Positions 56,802 to 64,000 of a stretch of DNA of 64,000 nt are shown here, piece by piece. The notes under the pieces were generated by a model. It did not search any database. It had not been told where the DNA came from and saw only the letters and a program-made list of their open reading frames with translations. The stretch is from Minutocellus sp. GHC0000111 (lineage: Eukaryota): positions 1 to 64,000 of the forward strand of contig CDRNXO010000001.1 in the NCBI GenBank assembly GCA_977018835.1, written 5' to 3'. Each line of letters begins with the position of its first letter. Position 1 is the first letter of the stretch. Made by a program: the position numbers and the translations under genes.

Positions 56802-59336
56802 ATGTCTATGAGTGCCCGATCCTTCTCCGTTGTCCGAGGTTCGCTCGTTGGTCAGGGTGATGGCGGAGCGCTCGTCGAACCGCTGATGAAATCGGCATCG
56901 CCGGAAGATGCTAACAATCAGGCGACGGATGACCACATCGAATCGGGTTCCAGTGTCGAAACTGCCAGTAGCATTGCTGGTGATGGCAATACCGATGACA
57001 ATGGTGATAGTGGCGATAGTGGTGATAGAAAGAGCAAGCGTCTCAGTACGTGGCGCGTCAGCTTGGTGGAGCAGGATGCACTGGCAGAGAAGCTCGGCAC
57101 AACCATTGCCGAGGGCGATGATGTCGAGGAGAAGAATCCCTGGTCACGACAATTCATCGGTATTCCCATCAATTACTTCAGTGTCGGCCTCGTCTACGGA
57201 GGTTCCGTCAACTTGCTTTATCCGGTTCTCATCATTCAGAACGGAGTGACCAGCTCCTTCTTCTCGGCGGCCGTCAGCTTAGTCACAGTGTTCTGGTCCT
57301 ACAAAATTTTCTTTGGTATACTCTGTGATTGTCTTCCCATCTACGGCCGGCGTTGGAAGTGGTACATCGTCCTTGGCTGGATTCTTTGCGCCGCCTGTCT
57401 CGTCGGCCTGGCCAGTATGGGCGCTGATGTGGCGCCCATCAACCTGGTAATTGTGCTTACACTAGCTAACCTTGGGTAAGATACAAACGAGCAGGCACAT
57501 GGTGACACCATACCAGAACAAAAGGAGGTGACATTGTCGCTCGATCCCCACTTCATTACAGTACTCACCTCCGCTTGTTCTCATTTACTGATATTTCTGT
57601 CTTTTTGTAGATATGTGATGGCAGATGTTGCAGCCGATGGTAAGCAACTGAGCTGGGCAGAAAATATTGATAGCAATGGGAAGAATACTAGCTACGTAGT
57701 GTTGCAGCTGTAAGAGTTTTCAACGTTTCCTCTATTGCACTTACCTTATCTTTTCTTTCAATTTCCTTCCCTTCTCCAGGATTTATGGTAAGCAACGCAA
57801 CAACACATTTACTAGTAAATAAAAAAGGAAAGGGGCGGTGGGAAGAAAAGCGCTGCTTACTTTTAGCACTGACCTTCTGGTTTACCCTCTTTTCTTTCCC
57901 TTCCCTACTAGGTCTGGATGGCCCACCACGAAGTCATCGAAAGGCGGGGAAAGATCCAAACTCTTATCTACATCATGCGAGAGATTGGTAGACTTTTGAT
58001 TAGTATTGTAATCATATTTGGTTTTAGTGGTCCGGAAACTGCTTGTCCTGGATACGAAGCTGATGCAATTGTCCCTTGCACGACGGACGAGAGCGTGACA
58101 AGTCGTAACGATCAATTTGAATCCAACCCCGACGATTGGTGCCATGCTGTCTGCGATGCTGCCGAATTTCCTTTTGGACTTACCATTCCTCAATTTGTAT
58201 GGATTATTGCTAGCGTCAATATCGTCAGCATCCCGGCCTACTTCCTTTTGTACGAGGAGAAAAGAGCGGCCGAAAAGATCACAGCGGTGCTGGGTGCTTT
58301 TTGGAAGGTAATGAAGAGGAAGGCCGTCTGGATGCTAGTCCTGTACACAATGATCTCAAGTATCACATTCAATGTATTCATCGCTGCAAAGGTACGCGGT
58401 ATTAATTGATTTTGAGAGAATCTTTGAACGGCGGGAAAACTGTTATCGATAAAATCTCTTTTTAATTTTTTTTATCTCACATCCTCTTCTTCTGCAATAC
58501 CATCTCAACATAGAACAACGCCAATTTTGTTTGGCTTGGTTTGAGCAATGCGCAGAACCAAATGCAAGCCATACTTGAGAATTTTGTCTTCTTGGCAGGA
58601 TTGGGACTTATTCGTCGCTACGGTCTCAATTGGTCGTGGAGGAAAATGGTCTGGGCTGGATCACTCCTTGTGACTTTCTTCAATCTTCTATACCTTTTGA
58701 TTGTATTCCACGTTTTGCGCAACCCGTGGTTCTACATATTCACCGACGTAACAGACAACTTCATGTTTACTCTTAACTTCCTTGCGTCGACCTTTGCGAT
58801 TGTGGAGGTATCCGAGCCTGGTTTTGAGGCGATTACATACGCCCTTATTACTACAGCCAACAATGCCACCATTCCGTTGTCGATTGTGATCAGTTATCAG
58901 TTCATGGCCTTCTTCCCGGAGCTCAATACCCAAGAAGGGCTAGCCACGGATACTCCTGAGGTTCGACGTGACATGGCATTACTTATAATCATTGTTGAGG
59001 CTGTGAATCTGTCTTCCCTATTCGCACTACCTATGCTCGTGAGGCAGAAGAAGGAGGCTCAGGCAATGATGAAGGAGGGCAAAGTTCACAATCATCTCGG
59101 CGTCCATCTTTTTGGTTTATAGCACTATCGTTACTTTCCTCACGGTTGCAGGGGCCGATACATATGGATGTCTCAAGATTCTAGGCGGTCCTGGTTGCAC
59201 AGAGGATGAGAGCAGCATTCCAGTCTACTGCTTGATGGGTGCGTGCTTTCTGTATTGTTACTGCGTCAACTTCTATCATACGTTCTGGCCCATCCTCAAA
59301 GGGGAGAAGAAGTTCACGTGGTCCATGTTCTTTTAG
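56802..59336 (+). CDS. BT1-family (folate/biopterin) MFS transporter, five exons; frameshift near 59085
   Basis: WSYKIFFGILCDCLPIYGRRWK, MADVAADG, RGKIQTLIY. GT-AG introns 57476-57610, 57640-57779, 57788-57911 and 58392-58513. Confidence 0.88.
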
Positions 59337-59695
59337 CTTTCTACATGTTATTAGAGATTTTAATTATATTGATTTTTTTCATGAGATGTGTTGATTCGAT
59401 TCGATTCGATTTAGATCTACATGTACTATGTACAGTATCATGGGCCCGAACACGCCGCCTCGTTGCCTTGCGGACTGTGGACGCTAAGTTCATTGAATAG
59501 ATTAGAAGATATATTCCTAAGAGCTGTATTGATTCGATTCGATTCATGGTGGGTCCGTCCACGCCGAAGGGTTGACCTGGCTGGAGCCAAGCTGTGGACG
59601 GTACGGTACCTTTCGAAAGGTAGATACGTACGTACATCCGTACGATGACGAACGGCCCCCCCAGACCCCACCCCACTCACTCCACCTCCATCCTC

Positions 59696-59776
59696 CATCC
59701 AGCAGTCTGCCACCCGGCTCGTGCGTTGCCAAGTGTGCGTCATCCAGCAGTCTGTCACCCTCGTGCGTTGCCAAGT
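59696..59776. repeat. Short imperfect tandem repeat (~45 bp unit, two copies)
   Basis: CATCCAGCAGTCTG.CACCC(GGC)TCGTGCGTTGCCAAGT occurs twice. Confidence 0.85.
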
Positions 59777-60418
59777 AATCGTGAGTGTGCGCTGTGTCAT
59801 AGCGGCCTGTATTATTCTCCGATGAGTAGTAACTCGCAGCAGCACCCATGCGAGGCACCGTCGGCCGCAAGACAATTGTGTCACATGTCAATTGTGTCAC
59901 ATGTACCACGGCATTCAGGGAGAGGAATGTGTCAAGGAGGAGCTACTCGAAAAGCGATGCTTTGCCGAATTGCTGTGCCGGCAGGAGGCCAAGCGCTTTT
60001 ACTACGATCCGATACGGAGGGGTGGTGGTGAGGCGAGCTGCTCAACGCTCGTCGAAAAATTCGCTTTCGAGGAAAATGAGAGTTTGCTGCCGGACGACGC
60101 AGGCAGGGAGGACAGAAAGCATTGCCGGACCATCGTCCATGAGCTGGCCAAGTGTCTGTCCAGGTATCGGGTTGGGCAGAGATAAATGGCAATGACGGGT
60201 CCTGACACATACGTGTTTGTTAGTTGTAGGTGACGCGGTGGCTGGCAAGGGAATGATTGATTGGTCTGGACTGATGCGTTGTCCCTCGGCCCCAACGTGA
60301 TATATGCAATCAGTCGGCCCACATCATTCTTTTCCAAAGACAACTTGTACTGTATGCCGAGGATCGCCCACAAAACTTTTTCGTCGGGAGGATCATAACT
60401 CATCAAATCGCTAACTAA

Positions 60419-62098
60419 ATGCCGAGCGCTACATCAACCACCGGCCAAGCGGCGGGCGTAGGTAACGAGGGGATGGAGGGATATCTTCTCAAGAAGAATA
60501 GACTTGGCATTTGGTCATGGAGGTGGGCGGTGTTGGATCGATCCTCGCAGCCACTGACGCTGTCCCTCTACCTCAAGCGACGGAATAGTACTGAAGGTAG
60601 AAAGGCGAGAGAGACGCTTGAGATCACTGGTGCAACTTCCATCGCAATGCCCCGCCATTGCAGCACATCGAATCGATACTTCACTGTGACGAGTAAACAT
60701 CATTCCAAAGCGTCTGATTCCGGTTGTTCTGCGAATGATGGCAAACGGAAGGAACAGCGTTGGCATCTTTGTGCCGGCTCGATGCAATCGCTGCTCGTGT
60801 GGAAGGAGAAGGTTGACGAGGCCATATCTGATGCAAAGGAACGTGAGATGCTGAGCCGTGTCGAGGTTGTCGATGAATCAAGTTCCAATGATTCGTTTGG
60901 TCTGAGCACCATCAGCGGTGGCAAGTATCAGGCCATCAAGCAGATTGGTAAGGGCTCGTATGGCAGTGTCGTTTCTGCCCTTGACTGTGACAGACAGGCA
61001 AAGGTCGCCATCAAGAAGGTAGATGACGTCTTTGAAGATCTCGTAGATGCAAAGAGAGTGGTCCGCGAGATTCGAGCCCTGAGAAGCTTATCCCACGACA
61101 ACATCGTTCGTCTCATTGATCTGCCCATGCCTCCTGCCCCCGGGAATTTTCGACATATTTACATCGTCACCGAATTAATGGAGCAGGATCTGTATTCCGT
61201 CATTTACCATCATCAAAAGTTGTCGACGGACCACATTCAATTCATCTGCTACCAGATGCTCTGCGCATTGCAGTACATTCACTCTGCCGGCGTCATTCAC
61301 CGTGACCTCAAACCTAAAAACGTGCTTATTTCCTCCGATTGCAAGGTCAAGCTTTGCGGTACGTCGCGTTTGATTGCTTGCGTTGTGGTGTTTTGTCATC
61401 AATTTTTCTAGATTCTCACACTCGTTTCGTGCTACATTTCATTTCGTTGCATTGCTCATTCTCCGCCAGATTTTGGTTTGGCGAGGTGCCTCAACTCCAG
61501 AGGTGGCGATTCCAAGGATAGGAAGTTGACTCAGTACATTGTGACTCGTTGGTATCGAGCTCCCGAAATCTTACTCGGGTGCAATATGTATACCGAGGCC
61601 GTCGATATGTGGGGCCTTGGTTGCATCCTCGGCGAGATGCTCCAGCAACGCCCTCTGTTTCCCGGTAGCGATTACGTATCCCAGGTGCGTAGGATTCTCG
61701 ATTACGTCGGTCGAGCTGCGGTGTGTGGCGAAGGACTCGACTTCATTACCAATGCTCGTGCAAAGAAGTTTGTTGAGTCTCTTGAACTTTCTGTGGCCTT
61801 GGTTGATGATCCCGATGCATTCTTCCCCGAAGAGGAAGAGTCGGTCCGCTACCTGCTGCGCCAGATGCTCATGCTGTGCCCATCCAAGCGAACAACTTGT
61901 GAGGCGGCACTATCTCATGAATTCTTTGTCCCGGTCCGCAATGAAATATCGGAGAAGGTTGCGACGCGAAGGCTAAATTGGGATCGGATCGATGATATTG
62001 AACTCACAAAGAACAATCTCCAATGTTTGGTTTACAACGAAATTGGATCCTTCATGAAGAGCACTCAACAGAGGCATATTCGTCGTAACTCGTACTAA
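60419..62098 (+). CDS. PH-domain-containing MAP kinase-like protein (TQY activation loop)
   Basis: MEGYLLKK...WSWRWAVL (PH); GKGSYG, VAIKK, HRDLKP. Intron 61359-61469 restores DFG. LTQYIVTRWYRAPE. Confidence 0.92.
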
Positions 62099-62350
62099 GT
62101 TTAGCAGCAAGCAATATCGGCCAATAACTACTGCGAAATGAATCCGACGATGAGGACGACTAAGGACTGAGGATGTTGCCGACCTCTAGGCCATTTAGGA
62201 TGCCTTTAATGAGCGCGACGAGGAGATGGCCGACGCGGCTGTCAATGAGAAGCAAACTACACATGCTAGATATAGATTCAATCAGAATTAGATTCGATCT
62301 AAATGAATGATCAAAATGAAAGTAGATCTAGTTGGTCTGTTGGTTGACGC

Positions 62351-64000
62351 TTAGCTTGTTCCATAGATGTATCCACTGTCAAGAGCGTCGTCGTTATCTA
62401 GCAGCGCAGCCGTGGAAGAGGGGCCTTCATCTCCAGCTTCCAGGTCATTGCCACCAGAGTTGCTCGCCGCGCTTGTGGATCTGCTTCCGCCCGCAAGTTT
62501 TGTCACTTGACCCACCAGTGAAAAGAAGCTCGTGGGTGCCTCGGCAAGGCTTGTATCTGCGTTGCCGTCTCCACCTTGCGTCCGAGCTGCTTTCTTCTTT
62601 TTGACAAATCGTTTCCATTTCGATGCGGCCCATTGCGCTCTGCGCATTGACTCCAACTCGTTTCGATCAAGCTCATCCAAAATCTCCTCTTGAAGCAATT
62701 CCTCCAACACATCCTCGAGAGTAATGACTCCCATTATTCCAGCCGACGCAGGAATGGGCTCGCCCTTATCCAGGGCTGCGTTACCTTCACCGGGGTGTGC
62801 ACAGAGTAGGGCCATATGTCCACCCTTTGTTGTGTCTGTGCCGCCGGCCTGGAAGATATTGATGAGGTCGACTAGGTTGGTAGAGGGAGAAATGCAAAAT
62901 GGCTGAAGAAGCGGCATTGTGGAAACGACGCGCTGGTCCGAGGTGTTGACAACGATAAGTTGCTTGGTGATGAGAATACCGCAGATTGCCAGATTGTTAT
63001 CTTCTCCCTCTGTAGATGAAACATAGACGGGAACTCGGGAGTATCCCCGCGAGTAAATCTGCCCTACTACGTTGGCTTCATTCAGAACCATTGTGTTCGG
63101 AATCGTAAAGACTTCGCGCATGGGGGTGTAACAATCGATAGCCCTCTTACTCTTCATCTGAAGGGCTCCTTCAACAAGCGTCACCTCGTCGTGATGCCAA
63201 GATGGCGCGCGTACGAGCGGATGTCTGGAGCCTCCTGCCCCCGCTTTTTCGGAAGGTGATGATCGGAAGGTTTCGTGGTGTTCCAACCAGTGCGCTTCGA
63301 GCCCGTGCTTGACTCCACGCATTCTTAGCGAATCCAAGCTTCGAACACTACTACGGAAGCTCTGTAGACTCTCGGCAGTGATCTCACTTCCACGAAGGGT
63401 AGGCTCAGATACCGCCACGAGCTTGGCCATGTCGGCCTTTCGACGCTGTTTCGACGCCATGCGCTCTTCGAATTGAATCCTCACTAGTGCTGTCAGTTCG
63501 CCGCGGTTATACATGTTCATTCCATGCGATTCCTCTTCGTCGTGCAGAACAATATCTAACATTTTGGCAATGGGGTATGCAAGTGGACTCAAAAGGAACA
63601 TGATCGTCCTCACAAGTGGCACGAGGCTCGATGCAATCTTCAATTGATTTGGCCCGGTGAATACAGCGCTCGGGATGATCTCACCGAAAAAGAGAACGAG
63701 AGTAACCGAAAGAATAACTGCGACGTACGACGGAACGAGCTTGTCGAGAAATAGGGGCAGTGCCTCATTGGCACATGCATTCATCAAAAGTAGGGACACT
63801 AACAAACGATGATGCTGCTGAACAATCGGCAGCAACGAAGCCGCTTGATCACGCTCAGCTTTATTCGCGCCTGCTCTGATCTTTATCAGCAGCATAAGGG
63901 GATCCAGGGAGAGCAAACCCATGGTAAGACCCGCCGCAAGAGCCGCCCTCGTTACGCATATCGCTGCCATTCCTCCATTGACAAGGTAAAAGTTGGCATC
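62351..64000 (-). CDS. CNNM/DUF21 (CBS-associated) metal transporter; 5' end outside the window
   Basis: AGLTMGLLSLD, HHRLLVSLLLMNA.ANEALPLFLD, LFFGEIIP, GYSRVPVY, GVITLEDVLEELLQEEI.DE. Confidence 0.95.
   Translation of the reverse strand, partial: DANFYLVNGGMAAICVTRAALAAGLTMGLLSLDPLMLLIKIRAGANKAERDQAASLLPIVQQHHRLLVSLLLMNACANEALPLFLDKLVPSYVAVILSVTLVLFFGEIIPSAVFTGPNQLKIASSLVPLVRTIMFLLSPLAYPIAKMLDIVLHDEEESHGMNMYNRGELTALVRIQFEERMASKQRRKADMAKLVAVSEPTLRGSEITAESLQSFRSSVRSLDSLRMRGVKHGLEAHWLEHHETFRSSPSEKAGAGGSRHPLVRAPSWHHDEVTLVEGALQMKSKRAIDCYTPMREVFTIPNTMVLNEANVVGQIYSRGYSRVPVYVSSTEGEDNNLAICGILITKQLIVVNTSDQRVVSTMPLLQPFCISPSTNLVDLINIFQAGGTDTTKGGHMALLCAHPGEGNAALDKGEPIPASAGIMGVITLEDVLEELLQEEILDELDRNELESMRRAQWAASKWKRFVKKKKAARTQGGDGNADTSLAEAPTSFFSLVGQVTKLAGGSRSTSAASNSGGNDLEAGDEGPSSTAALLDNDDALDSGYIYGTS

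Noticed and set aside
33075..59336. Programmed ribosomal frameshifting or an alternative genetic code as the explanation for broken ORFs
   Set aside because: The breaks share no slippery motif, several appear to delete conserved residues, and many neighbouring genes read normally in the standard code.
59848..60406. Short ORFs upstream of the MAPK
   Set aside because: Possibly a gene relic, but there is no identifiable family or gene structure.

Overview
Gene-dense eukaryotic nuclear DNA, most likely a diatom. The evidence is short GT-AG introns, signal-peptide/ASAF-like presequences and diatom-type protein families; the taxon is inferred, not searched. About 30 protein-coding loci are recognisable, including dolichol kinase, a P1B Cu-ATPase, RPC6, P5CS, Mpv17, a BT1-family transporter, a PH-MAPK, CNNM/DUF21, a BLTP2/FMP27-like fragment and several methyltransferases and 2OG-Fe(II) oxygenases. 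The most striking feature is a 5S rRNA gene split into two halves (42088-42120 and 44424-44509) by a ~2.3 kb insert. The insert repeats 14 bp of the left junction near its right end and carries a 5'-truncated, frameshifted reading frame with AlkB-like, HNH-like and two Myb-like domains. A decayed Transib/RAG1-type transposase remnant lies just upstream of the same 5S gene. Roughly half of the genes carry frameshifts, multi-base deletions or truncating gene-to-gene junctions, and there is an exact 997-bp tandem duplication. This suggests a decaying haplotype or duplicate copy, although assembly error cannot be excluded from the sequence alone. All protein calls come from motifs recognised by eye, not from database searches.
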